This document shows positions 29,801-39,971 of a DNA stretch of 64,000 bases, in pieces. Source of the DNA: Armatimonadota bacterium (lineage in GTDB: Bacteria > Armatimonadota > SYMT01); assembly GCA_041690135.1 (NCBI GenBank), contig JAWLHY010000001.1:64001-128000 (forward strand), written 5' to 3'. Within the stretch, counting starts at the first letter, position 1, and the number at the start of each line of letters is the position of its first letter. The notes under the pieces were generated by a model that searched no databases, was not told where the DNA came from, and was given only the letters and a program-made list of their open reading frames with translations. The translations under genes and the position numbers were made by a program.

Positions 29801-30278
29801 CGGGCTTTCTCCGTAGGTTCGGGGGAGGGGCACGATCGCCTGACGCGGGGCCTTCGCTTCTTTTGTTGCTTGTCCCCTTAGATCCCATAAGGCGGCCGTT
29901 TTGTTGGGAAGGGAGCAAGAATTTTTTTCCAGGGGCCTTGGCGTTCAGGCGAAGGGCAGGGGGGCTCAGGCGCTCCCGAGGCGGATCCGCACTCCATTCA
30001 ACGCTGCATGCCTCCCTCATCGGTCCGCACGGTAGTACGCTCCGTGGCGCGGTCGTTTTTACGGTGGAAACGGCACCTCGATGCTCGTGGGCATGCAGGC
30101 AACCGGTAGACAGGCGTTCAGACTTCAAGGAAACAGGCCTTCGGGCTCTCCCGCCGGTCGTGTACATTCCGGTGGCCAGTCCTCATCCTCCTGATCCTTA
30201 TCCTCTCCGTCCTTATCCCTATCTCCATCCTCATCGGCCGCAGGCGCCAGGAGGGGGCAAGGGAGCGGGGGGAGAATC

Positions 30279-30322
<44 letters not shown>

Positions 30323-30380
30323 ATAGGTGGGCATGTGGGGGATGAGGTTGGAGATAGGGGCGGAGTTGGGGAGTGAACGA

Positions 30381-31269
30381 ATGAACGAGAACCGGCTGGG
30401 ACCGGGGACCCGGCTGGGGTCATACGAACTGGAAGAGGAACTGGGTCGGGGCGCGCTGGGGGTGGTGTACCGCGCGCGGCACCTGCACCTGGAGCGGCCG
30501 GCGGCCATCAAGGCGCTGCACGCCCACTGGACCCACGCCCCGAATTTTGTGGAGCGGTTCCGGGCCGAGGGACGCGTGCTGGCCCGGCTGGAACACCGGA
30601 ATATCGTGAGGGTCTACGACGCGGGAGAGGAGCACGGGGCCTTCTATCTGGCGACCCAACTCCTGGAAGGTCGGAACCTGGAGCAGTTGCTCTCCGAACC
30701 GGTACCCCACCGGGCGGTGATCCATGTGGGACGGCAGGTAGCCGCGGCGCTGGCCTATGCCCACGCGCGCGGCGTGGTCCACCGTGATGTGAAGCCGGCA
30801 AACCTGATGGTTGGGGATCGCGGCGAGGTCACGTTGATGGACTTCGGGGTGGCGCGAATGCTGGATGCCCCGGGGATGACGTTGCCCGGCAGCTTCGTGG
30901 GGACCCCCTTTTACATGGCGCCCGAGCAGGTGCAGGGCCGGCCGGCGGATACCCGCTCCGACCTTTATGCGCTGGGAGTGGTGCTGTATGAGATGCTCAC
31001 CGGGGCGCCCCCTTTTCCAGGCCCGAGTTCCGAGGAAGTCTTCCATGCCCACCTGAACCAGGCGCCACCCCCGTTGGACACCGGTTGTCCGGAATGGCTG
31101 CAGGCGGTGGTGCTGAAGACGCTGGAGAAGAACCCGGCGGCGCGGTTTCAGAGCGCCGAACAATTCCGCGCGGCGCTCTCTTCGGAGGGCATTCCGGAAC
31201 TCCTCGCGGCCGCTGGACTGGCCCTCCCGAACCTATCGCAGCCGGTGGACTCGGAGCGAACGGCCATAG
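30381..31269 (+). pseudogene. 5' part (Ser/Thr kinase domain) of a kinase-cyclase-FHA gene interrupted by IS1380
   Basis: GRGALGVVY, AAIK, HRDVKPAN, DFG, APE; the frame joins the 33008..33942 segment after IS removal. Confidence 0.9.
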
Positions 31270-33003
31270 CCCGAATTATTCATCGGGTGCCTAAAAGGAA
31301 AACAGTCTGTGCGAGGAGGATAGAGGAAGTGCCAACAACCCTTATCTCTCGCCAGACTGTTCGCCCATGTCTTCGCAACCAGCCTGTTCCTTTCCTCTCC
31401 TGGACCGTAAGCCGGTCGTCGCCGATTTCTCCGCCGGACACCTCTCCTCGGATGGCGGCCTCTTGCTGCTTGCGGAGGCCAACCGGCGTCTGGGGCTGAC
31501 CGCTGCGCTCGCCGCCGCGTTGACGGACCACCGGGCACCCGCGCAAGTGGAGCTCCCTTTACCCACCCTGGTCGCCCAACGGGTCCTCCAGATCGCGTGC
31601 GGTTACGAAGATGCCCTGGACGCCCAGACCCTGCGCCGCGATCCGCTGTTCAAAACCGCCGTGGGCCATGCCCCCCAGCAAGGGCGGGATCTGGGCAGCC
31701 AACCCACCCTCTCTCGCTTCGAGAACGGCGTCACCCGCCAGGAGTTGCTCCGGGCCGCCACCGCGCTGGCGGAGTTCGTCCTCGACCAGCACCGGGAGCA
31801 GCGGGTGGTCCGCGTGGTTCTGGACGTGGACGCGACAGAAGACCCCACCCACGGACAGCAGGAGCTGAACTTCTATAACCAGCACTACCGCTCTCACGGC
31901 TACTTACCCCTGTTGGTCTACGCGACCTTCACGGTGGAAGTAGCTCCGGGCGTGCACCAGGAACTGCCGGAACAGGAGCTCTTGGTGGCGCTCTTGCGGC
32001 CCGTCAATAAGGAAGCTTCCTGGCGCACCACCGCGGTCCTCCGGCGGCTGGTGCCGCACCTCCGGCAGCGCTGGCCGGAGGTCGAGATCTTGCTCCGGGC
32101 CGACAGCGGCTTCGCACGCCCGGAGTTGTATGCCTGGTGTGAGCGCGTGCGGGTGGGCTACTTGCTGGGGCTCGCCAAGAACGCCGCCCTGGTACGGCGG
32201 ACCCAACCGTGGTTGGCCGACGCCCGAGCGGCCTACCAGGCGCAGCCGGAGCCGGAGGCCGGGAGCGGGCGCCCGGCGGTGCAAGTCTTTGGCGAGTATC
32301 TCTACCAGGCGGGGAGTTGGGACCAGGAGCGACTGGTCACGTGCAAAGCCGAGGTGATGGGCTTGGGAGACAACCCACGGTGGCTGGTGTCCGGAGGCTT
32401 GCCGCCGGATCTCCAGGACCCGGAAGCCCGCTATCGGTTCTACTGTTTGCGCGGGGATCGGGAGAACCGGATCAAAGAATGGAAGTGCGACCTACGGGCG
32501 GACAAAACGAGTTGCTCCCGCTTCGCGGCGAACCAGTTCCGGCTATTGCTCCACACGGCGGCTTACCTGTTGTGGCAAGCGGTGCGGCGGCGTCTCCTGC
32601 GCGGGACGGAGTGGGCCACCGCGCAAGTAGGGACCCTGCAGTGTAAACTGGTCAAAGTGGCGGCGCGGGTCCGCGAGAGCCATCGGCGGGTCTACGTGCA
32701 GTTGGCGAGCAGTTACCCGTGGCCATCGCTGTGGAAGCGGTGTGTCGCGCGGTTAGACGGGTTGTAGCGGCCCGGTCGGGAGCGCTGCCGCCGACCCCGG
32801 ACCGCCCCGTGCTCTGCACGCGGCGGCGGTTTTGGGCAACGGGGTCCGGGCGATGCCTGCCCGCGGGGCGCGTCCTGGGTGCATGCGCCCGTTGGGCCTG
32901 CCCTCAGGACGGCCCAACTTCCCAGGCGCGGCCGTCCGGGGCTGTTTGGCCTACCAGCAAACCCTTGCAAACGCCAGTTGGCAGCACTGATGAATAATCC
33001 GGG
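31270..33003 (+). mobile_element. Complete IS1380-family insertion sequence (1734 bp)
   Basis: TIRs CCCGAATTATTCATC (31270) and GATGAATAATCCGGG (ends 33003), 14/15 match; 4-bp target duplication ATAG at 31266-31269 and 33004-33007. Confidence 0.95.
31367..32767 (+). CDS. IS1380-family DDE transposase
   Basis: SSDGGLLL, GYED, SQPTLSRFEN, LDVDAT, RADSGF, YCLRGDRENRIKE, FAANQFRL. Confidence 0.96.
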   Translation: MSSQPACSFPLLDRKPVVADFSAGHLSSDGGLLLLAEANRRLGLTAALAAALTDHRAPAQVELPLPTLVAQRVLQIACGYEDALDAQTLRRDPLFKTAVGHAPQQGRDLGSQPTLSRFENGVTRQELLRAATALAEFVLDQHREQRVVRVVLDVDATEDPTHGQQELNFYNQHYRSHGYLPLLVYATFTVEVAPGVHQELPEQELLVALLRPVNKEASWRTTAVLRRLVPHLRQRWPEVEILLRADSGFARPELYAWCERVRVGYLLGLAKNAALVRRTQPWLADARAAYQAQPEPEAGSGRPAVQVFGEYLYQAGSWDQERLVTCKAEVMGLGDNPRWLVSGGLPPDLQDPEARYRFYCLRGDRENRIKEWKCDLRADKTSCSRFAANQFRLLLHTAAYLLWQAVRRRLLRGTEWATAQVGTLQCKLVKVAARVRESHRRVYVQLASSYPWPSLWKRCVARLDGL

Positions 33004-33007
33004 ATAG

Positions 33008-33942
33008 TCGGCCTGAACGGGCTGGAGCTGGCCGCAAAGCTGGTGCGCGAGGAGCGGACCGTACTTTCACTGGACATCGTGGGGTCGCGGCGCATGAAGC
33101 GGCCGGGGCTGACGATGCGGGTGCAGCACCGGTTCGCGCTTTTTCGCGAGTATGTGCGGCGCCACCTCACCGCCTGGAGCGGGGGCGGAAAGGATGCCAT
33201 CTGGGCGGGAGACGGACTCCTGGCCCTCTTCCGCAGCCAGGCGGACGGCGCTCGGTGCGCGCGGGCGATCCTGGAAGGACTCCCCGACTTCAATGCCGCG
33301 CATCCGGAGGAAACGCCGATTTCAGTCCGGATCGGCGTGCATTCCGGTCCGATCCTTCGCAGCCCGGACCAGCCGCTGGGTGAGGTGACGAGCGCCACGC
33401 TCGACCTGGCCGGACACCTGCAGAAGTATGGTCCCGAGGGGTCGGTGCTGATCAGCGATGCCGTGTACCGGACACTGGACACGCCGGAAGATTGGAGCCC
33501 GGCTGCGAAGGAAATCCAGGCGCAGTTCGAGGTACCGGTCTACGCCTTTCCCGCTCTCGCAACCGGTAGCACGCCGGCCGCGGAGGCTACGTTGGATAGG
33601 GTTGCCGAGGATACGGAGAAGACCCCCTTACTGCGACTGCGCATCGCGGTGGGGGACACCACCTGGGAAGAAGCCGTTGAACAAGAAGGCCTGGTCGGCC
33701 GACCGGATACCCGTCCATCCCGTCTTTCGCGGCTGGTCATCCGTGGCGACGATGCCGTTTCGCGCAACCACGCGCAGATCTCGCGCCTGGGAGACACGTT
33801 CCTGTTGGAGGATCTGGGCAGCGCCAACGGGACGTGCGTCAACGGAACGTGGCTTCAGCCAGGTGTATCCGTCCCCCTCAACGTGGGCGACGAGATCCGC
33901 CTCGGTGAGAGAACGGTAATCACGGCGATCGGAACCGATTGA
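33008..33942 (+). pseudogene. 3' part (class III nucleotidyl cyclase-like plus FHA domains) of the IS-interrupted kinase gene
   Basis: LDIVGS, AGDG, RIGVHSG, VLISDAVY; FHA motifs VGR, VSRNHA, DLGSANGT. Confidence 0.88.
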
Positions 33943-34121
33943 ACGCCAGAGGGCCGGAGAGATCACCTCCCCGGCCCCCGGGATGCCTTCGGACGCCCTG
34001 CGCTCGACCGCTGAAACGCCGAGTGAGTGCAAGGGGCAGGAAGAAAGAGAGGGCGCCGGGAAGATGTCCTGGCACCTTCGGCCGGACCGGTCGAACAGAT
34101 GGTTTGCACGACGAGATACCC

Positions 34122-35018
34122 ATGAGAACAGGTTTGCTACTGATGACGGCCCTGCTGCTCGGCGCCGCAGCCGGCGCGTGGGCGCAGGCCGGCAATGCTC
34201 CGCGCGATCCCTTTCCGCTCTGGGCGCAGGGGGCGCCGGGCGCCCTCGGGAAGGAAGAGAAGGACGTTCCCACCCTGACCCCCTACTTTGCCAACCCGGA
34301 GAGGGCCACCGGTGCCTCGGTGGTGGTTTGCCCCGGCGGCGGCTACGGCGGCCTGGCCCCGCACGAGGGGCGGGACTACGCCATGTGGCTCAACGAGCTG
34401 GGCGTAACGGCGTTCGTCCTCAAGTACCGCCTCGGGTCGGGTGGGTACCGGCACCCCGTTATGCTGAATGACGCGACGCGGGCGGTGCGGTACGTCCGGA
34501 GCAAGGCGGGCGACTGGAAGCTCGATCCCCGGCGGGTGGGGATCATGGGTTCCTCCGCCGGCGGTCACCTCGCCTCCACGCTGCTCACCCATTTCGATGC
34601 CGGAAACCCCAGCGCCGAGGACCCGATCGACCGGCAGAGCTCCCGGCCCGATCTGGGCATCCTCTGCTACCCGGTGATCTCAATGGGGGAAAAGACCCAC
34701 GCCGGGTCGAAGCGGAACCTCCTGGGCGAAAACCCCTCGCCGGAGCTGGTACGGCTCCTCTCCAACGAGTTGCAGGTCACGAAGGAGACCCCTCCGACGT
34801 TCCTGTTCCACACCGCGGAAGACAAGGCCGTTGTGGTGGACAACAGCCTGATGTTCGCCGCCGCCCTGGCGAAGCACGGCGTGCCCTTCGCCCTGCACGT
34901 CTACCCGAAAGGCCCCCACGGGATCGGGCTGGGGACCCGCCAGTGGGACCCGGCGGAACGCCACCCATGGACCACGCAGCTCTCGGTCTGGCTGCGAGAG
35001 CAGGGCTTCGTCCGATAG
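34122..35018 (+). CDS. Secreted alpha/beta hydrolase (acetyl/feruloyl esterase-like)
   Basis: CPGGGY, GSSAGG nucleophile elbow, D...V, HGIG. Confidence 0.9.
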   Translation: MRTGLLLMTALLLGAAAGAWAQAGNAPRDPFPLWAQGAPGALGKEEKDVPTLTPYFANPERATGASVVVCPGGGYGGLAPHEGRDYAMWLNELGVTAFVLKYRLGSGGYRHPVMLNDATRAVRYVRSKAGDWKLDPRRVGIMGSSAGGHLASTLLTHFDAGNPSAEDPIDRQSSRPDLGILCYPVISMGEKTHAGSKRNLLGENPSPELVRLLSNELQVTKETPPTFLFHTAEDKAVVVDNSLMFAAALAKHGVPFALHVYPKGPHGIGLGTRQWDPAERHPWTTQLSVWLREQGFVR

Positions 35019-35496
35019 GCGGAACCACTCATCACACGATCTGGTGAGATGTGGAAAGAGGGTGATGCCGCAAGCCGGCGTCACCCTCTGGTTTCCAGTT
35101 CAATTGGGTCCCATTGAGCTCTCGTGAACCCACTCAACACCGGCTGGGGACTGCAAGCCTCTGGTGGGTCACTTGCCTCGCAGGTGCCCCCTTCGCTCTC
35201 GCGGAGTGCCGGAGCTACACTCCACACGGCACCACGGGCGCTAACCCAATGCCAGGCAGGCATCGGAAAGCCTGCCCTACATCGGTGCAATGGCAAAGCT
35301 CCTGGCGTTCACCACGAGTCAGTCCTGTCGCAGCGCAAAATGAGCGCGGACCAAGTGAGTATTGGTCAACCCGTACCCCCACCAACAGCAGGATATCCAA
35401 CCTTTAGTCCCTGACGGGGGCTTCAACTTTCAACCTTCAACCTGCTAACCTGCCAACTCAGATCCCGGTCAATGCCAAACCGTACCCGCAACGGGT

Positions 35497-36837
35497 TCAC
35501 CGGCCGATGCAGTAGAGCTTGCTGTTCGTTCGGATGAAGAGGTTGCCGCGCGAGACGGCGATGCTGGAGCGGATCTCGTTCTCCCCCTCGGCCATCATCA
35601 CCGAAGAGAGGATCTTGCCGGTGGCCGCATCGAGAACGTGGGCTTCCCCGCGCAGGCTGAGGAGGTAGATCTTGCCGTCCGCCACCGTGGGGGAGGCCCA
35701 CACAGCTGCGGGGCCCTCAAGCGCGGTAGTCCACACGACCTTACCATCCGGCTCCACACAAGCCATGTTCTTACGCAGGTCGCTGGCGATGTAGAACCGG
35801 CCCTTATAGAAAGCCGGGGTCGGCACGTCCGTCGTGATGTTGTCGCTCTTGGGGTCCGTGGCCCAGGCGAGCCCGTTACCGGTCACGTCCCCGTTCATGC
35901 CTGCCTTCACGGCGAACACCGGCTCCCGCTTGGGGCCACAGCCCAGCACGACCCCGCCGCCGGCAACGGGTGAGGGAACCAGGCGATAGGCGGGATTCAG
36001 ATGGTTCTGGTTCCAGGTGCCCCAACGCCACAGCTCTTTGCCGGTGGACGGGTCGTGCCCACTCAGCAAATCGCCGCCGGAGAGCAAGATCTCATTGCGG
36101 CCGTTGTGCACGAACGGAATGGGCGTGGTGAAGGCTTCCCGCGACTCCATCCGGGCGGGAGACGGGCGTTCTACCTTCCAGAGCTCCTTGCCGGAGGCCG
36201 GGTCCAACGCGAGTAGCCAGGAGGGCATTCCGTCCTTGCCGCGGCCGGAGACCGGCTTGTCCCGCTGCAGCAACTGGAAGTAGAGCCGTCCCTCGTAGAA
36301 CTGCGGGCTGCTCGAGAAGGTCCAGCCAAAGCAGAAATCGCCGTACTCCTGTTGCATGTTCCGGCGCCAGAGCTGCTTGCCGTCGAAATCGTAGGCTACC
36401 AGGTCGCCGTTGCCGTAGAAGAAGACCACCCGCTTCCCATCGGTAACGGGCGAAGGCGAGGCATAGTTGGAGCGGTAGTCGAGTTGGACGGTGTTGCCCA
36501 TCCCCGCCGGCTTGTAGCCGCTGCCGGCGATGTGCCGCCACCGGACCTTGCCCGTCTTCCGGTCCACGCAGATCGCCGCCAGGTTCTGGGCCGCGGTGTC
36601 CACGCTGGAGAGGAACACGTGATCCCCGTAAATGATCGGCGTGCCGGCGCTCGGCCCGGGAAGGTCCACGGACCACTTCACGTTCTCTGTCGGCGAGAAC
36701 TTCACCGGCAGCCCCGTTTCATCCGACGAGCCATTGAAGTGGGGACCGCGCCAGTTAGCCCAGTCCTGCCCCGAAGGCGCCGCCGTAGCGGCTACCGTCA
36801 GCGTTACAGCCAGAGCAGTTAAGGACAGCGTCTTCAT
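35497..36837 (-). CDS. PQQ-binding-like beta-propeller protein (BamB-like repeats)
   Basis: DWANWRGP, repeated D..TG...W and SP motifs, LFIRT; GGAGG RBS. Confidence 0.9.
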   Translation of the reverse strand: MKTLSLTALAVTLTVAATAAPSGQDWANWRGPHFNGSSDETGLPVKFSPTENVKWSVDLPGPSAGTPIIYGDHVFLSSVDTAAQNLAAICVDRKTGKVRWRHIAGSGYKPAGMGNTVQLDYRSNYASPSPVTDGKRVVFFYGNGDLVAYDFDGKQLWRRNMQQEYGDFCFGWTFSSSPQFYEGRLYFQLLQRDKPVSGRGKDGMPSWLLALDPASGKELWKVERPSPARMESREAFTTPIPFVHNGRNEILLSGGDLLSGHDPSTGKELWRWGTWNQNHLNPAYRLVPSPVAGGGVVLGCGPKREPVFAVKAGMNGDVTGNGLAWATDPKSDNITTDVPTPAFYKGRFYIASDLRKNMACVEPDGKVVWTTALEGPAAVWASPTVADGKIYLLSLRGEAHVLDAATGKILSSVMMAEGENEIRSSIAVSRGNLFIRTNSKLYCIGR

Positions 36838-36857
36838 CTCCAACCTCCCGATCCGGT

Positions 36858-38204
36858 TCACTTACCGATGCAGAACAGTTTGCCGTTGGTGCGGATGAAC
36901 AGGTTGCCGCGCGAGACGGCGATGCCGGAGCGGATCTCGTTCTCGCCTTCGGCCATCATCACGGAGGAGAGCACCTTCCCGGTGGCCGCATCCAGCACGT
37001 GGGCTTCGCCGCGCAGGCTTAGCAGGTAGACCTTCCCGTCGGCCACGGTGGGGGAGGCCCAAACCGGGGAGGGGCCTTCCAGTGGTGTGGACCACACGAC
37101 TTTGCCGTTGGGTTCCACGCAGGTGATGTTCTTGCGCAGATCGCTGGCGATGTAGAAGCGTCCCTTGGAGAAAGCGGGGGTCGGTACGTCTGAGGTGATA
37201 TTGTCCGTTTTCGGATCGGTCTTCCACGCCAGCCCCGTGCTGGTGACATCGCCGTTCACCCCCGCTTTCACCGCAAAGACCGGCTCCCGCTTCGGTCCGC
37301 ATCCGAGGACCACTCCACCACCGCCCACTGGCGAGGGGACGATCCGATAATCCGGACGCCGGTTGGCCTCGTTCCAGGTGCCCCAGCGCCAGAGTTCTTT
37401 GCCCGTGGCCGGATCGTGACCGCTCAGCAGGTCGCCACCGGAGAGCAAGATCTCCTTGCGGCCGTTGTGAACGAACGGCACCGGAGAAGTGAACGCCTCG
37501 CGGGACTCTTCGCGGGCGGGGGTGGGGCGATCCGCCTTCCAGAGAGTCTTGCCGGTGTTCGGGTCCAACGCCAGGAGCCAGGAGGGAGCGTTGGCCGAAG
37601 CGCCGCGGCCACCCACTGCATGGTCGCGCTGGAGCAACTGGAAGTAGAGCTTGCCGTCGTAGAGCAGCGGACTGCTGGAGAAGGTGAAGCCGAAACAGAA
37701 GTCGCCGTAGTCCTGCTGCATGTTCCGGCGCCAGAGCTGCTTGCCGGCGAAGTCGAATGCGATGAGGTCCCCGTTGCCGTAGAAGAAGATGACCCGCTTG
37801 CCGTCCGTGGTGGGGGAGGGGGAGGAGTAGTTCGAGCGGGAGTCGAGCTGAACGGGGTTGCCCATCCCCGCCGGCTTATAGCCGCTGCCAACGAGATGCT
37901 TCCACCGGACCTTGCCGGTCTTGCGGTCGACACAGAAGGCCGCCAGGTTCTGCGCTTGCGCGTCCACGCTGGAGAGGAAGACGTGGTCTCCCCAAATGAC
38001 CGGGGTAGAAGCGCTGGGACCGGGAAGGTCGAGGGCCCACTTTACGTTCTCCGTGGGAGAGAACTTGACGGGCAGCCCGGTTTCATCCGATGAGCCGTTG
38101 TAGTGGGGGCCCCGCCACCCGGGCCAGTTCTGTGGGGTGGGCGCCGCGGAAGCGGCCACGGTCAGGGTAAAAGCAAGTGCACTAAGGGATAGGATCTTCA
38201 CCAC
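36858..38204 (-). CDS. PQQ-binding-like beta-propeller protein, close tandem paralog
   Basis: NWPGWRGP; near-collinear and highly similar to 35497..36837. Confidence 0.9.
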   Translation of the reverse strand: MVKILSLSALAFTLTVAASAAPTPQNWPGWRGPHYNGSSDETGLPVKFSPTENVKWALDLPGPSASTPVIWGDHVFLSSVDAQAQNLAAFCVDRKTGKVRWKHLVGSGYKPAGMGNPVQLDSRSNYSSPSPTTDGKRVIFFYGNGDLIAFDFAGKQLWRRNMQQDYGDFCFGFTFSSSPLLYDGKLYFQLLQRDHAVGGRGASANAPSWLLALDPNTGKTLWKADRPTPAREESREAFTSPVPFVHNGRKEILLSGGDLLSGHDPATGKELWRWGTWNEANRRPDYRIVPSPVGGGGVVLGCGPKREPVFAVKAGVNGDVTSTGLAWKTDPKTDNITSDVPTPAFSKGRFYIASDLRKNITCVEPNGKVVWSTPLEGPSPVWASPTVADGKVYLLSLRGEAHVLDAATGKVLSSVMMAEGENEIRSGIAVSRGNLFIRTNGKLFCIGK

Positions 38205-38310
38205 GAACCTCCGGCGAGGAAATCCGGTAACACGCGTCCGAGCAACGGTTCCAATACAGCAGTTTCAACGCCCGGATCGAGGGTTCCTCGGTGGAATGCG
38301 GCGGCGTTGG

Positions 38311-38347
38311 GCGTTCGGGTGTTCGGGTGTTCGGGTGTTCGGGTGTT
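38311..38347. repeat. Octamer tandem repeat (GGGTGTTC)~4
   Basis: Directly visible. Confidence 0.85.
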
Positions 38348-38390
38348 GACGGCGCCTGTCTCGATTGCGGCCTCCTTATCATTATCTTCA

Positions 38391-39971
38391 TCAGCCGCAG
38401 GCTCTGTCCTTATCAGCTGCAGGCGCCTTCCAGCCGCTGAACTTCTTGAGGTAGGGACGGAGGGAGGCCTGGTACATGGGGCTGTCCGGATGGCGGCCGG
38501 CGAACTCGGCGAGAACGCGGTTCTCGCGGCGCAGGGCCTGGATCGCCTGGGCGCGGATCTCGTCCTGCCGGTCCATGGAAAGACCGTCCCACCAAGCGTC
38601 GAACTCGCCTTCTTCGGCGGCACGGTGTCCTACCCGTTCCTCGGCGTGGCGTCGCTGCCGCTCCGACTTCTCCCGGTTCTTCCGCTGTTCCTCGGCACGC
38701 ACCCAGGCGGTCGGCGCCGCCCAGCCTTCGCGGATGGACCGGACCAGGACGGCTCCGGGTTCGCGCGCTTCCCGAAACGGCAGGTACTGGAGTTGGTTCT
38801 CGCACTCCTCCGGCTGTGAGGCGGAAAGCTCCACTGCCGCGGCCCGCGACACCCCGGCGTCGATCAGCCGCTGGGCCAGCAGGCTCACAGTCGGCGCCTG
38901 GGGAACAGTGGGGGCGGGCTCGGCCGACGTCGTGGAGGCCGGAAGCGAACGGGGGCGTTCCTCCCGGCGTTCCTCCCGCAGAGCCTTCGGGGCGAAGCGA
39001 TAGATAACCATCTCCTCGCCGGACTTCATGGGGGCGTACTCCGCGCCCTGAATGAAGCCCTTCTCAATCAGCTCCTTATGCGCCGGCGCCAGCTTCCGCT
39101 TGATGTCGGACGGGTAGTAGTTTCGAGAAAGTCCCAGGTGCTCGAACGCCAGTTTCCGCAGCCCGATGCGATACAGGGGCTTGCCGTCATAGCGCTTGGC
39201 ATCCAAGTAGCGGTAAAGCGCCTGGGCAATGACACTTTCCAGCGAGAGGAAGGTGTCTACGTCCAGCGACTTGATGTAGCCCGCCTGCATGTTGGCGTAG
39301 AGCTCTGTGCTCCACCGGATCCAACTCGGCGTCAGAGAAGGAGAGTGCTCCCGCGGACGGGTGATGTCGGCGATCTTGTAGCTGTCCAGGATGTGGAAGG
39401 CTTCCTTGGTGGTCCACTTCCGCTGGCTGGCGTCGTAGAAGGCGTTGCGTGTCCGGATGGTCACGCTTACCAGACGGTCCAGGGCCAGGGTGAGACGCTC
39501 ATAGGAGGCGCCGCTGTGCACCCAACCGAGCCGTCGGACCACGTCGGCCCGACTAAACTCCACAATGGGCGGGAAGTTTTGGGCACGGGTCAACTCCATC
39601 AGCACGACGTAGACCTGGACATCGGCCGAAGTCGGCAAACCATAAGCAGTGCTGCCTTCGACCACCCACTCCTTCTGACCGTCTTGAAAAACCAGTCGAG
39701 AGGGAGAGTCCTTGCTCGGCCGGTTGGCCAGCAGCGCAAACGGGAATTCCGTCAGGTTGAGCTCATCCCGGCCGATGCGCGTGAGTTCGATGCCTTCTTC
39801 CACTGCCATTTCAACAACAACCCTTTTTGCCGGCCATTTGGGTGGCGTGCCTGTCTGGTTCCGGTTGTTCCAATCTGCTTGAAGTTCCGGAGTCTGTTCT
39901 ACTGGAATCCTGATCCGATTTTCGTGCCTGGGAATCCGGATTTCGGCGGTTTTGCTCGTCCCGAATGACAT
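38391..39971 (-). CDS. Plasmid-type replication initiator protein A
   Basis: GRDELNLTEFPFALL, GLPTSAD, winged-helix-like core, ALYRYLDAKR, KRKLAPAHKELIEKGFI; adjacent iteron-like array; true start may be 39809. Confidence 0.82.
   Translation of the reverse strand: MSFGTSKTAEIRIPRHENRIRIPVEQTPELQADWNNRNQTGTPPKWPAKRVVVEMAVEEGIELTRIGRDELNLTEFPFALLANRPSKDSPSRLVFQDGQKEWVVEGSTAYGLPTSADVQVYVVLMELTRAQNFPPIVEFSRADVVRRLGWVHSGASYERLTLALDRLVSVTIRTRNAFYDASQRKWTTKEAFHILDSYKIADITRPREHSPSLTPSWIRWSTELYANMQAGYIKSLDVDTFLSLESVIAQALYRYLDAKRYDGKPLYRIGLRKLAFEHLGLSRNYYPSDIKRKLAPAHKELIEKGFIQGAEYAPMKSGEEMVIYRFAPKALREERREERPRSLPASTTSAEPAPTVPQAPTVSLLAQRLIDAGVSRAAAVELSASQPEECENQLQYLPFREAREPGAVLVRSIREGWAAPTAWVRAEEQRKNREKSERQRRHAEERVGHRAAEEGEFDAWWDGLSMDRQDEIRAQAIQALRRENRVLAEFAGRHPDSPMYQASLRPYLKKFSGWKAPAADKDRACG

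Noticed and set aside
31270-31499. C-terminal tail of the 390-aa kinase ORF
   Set aside because: Read-through into the IS left end
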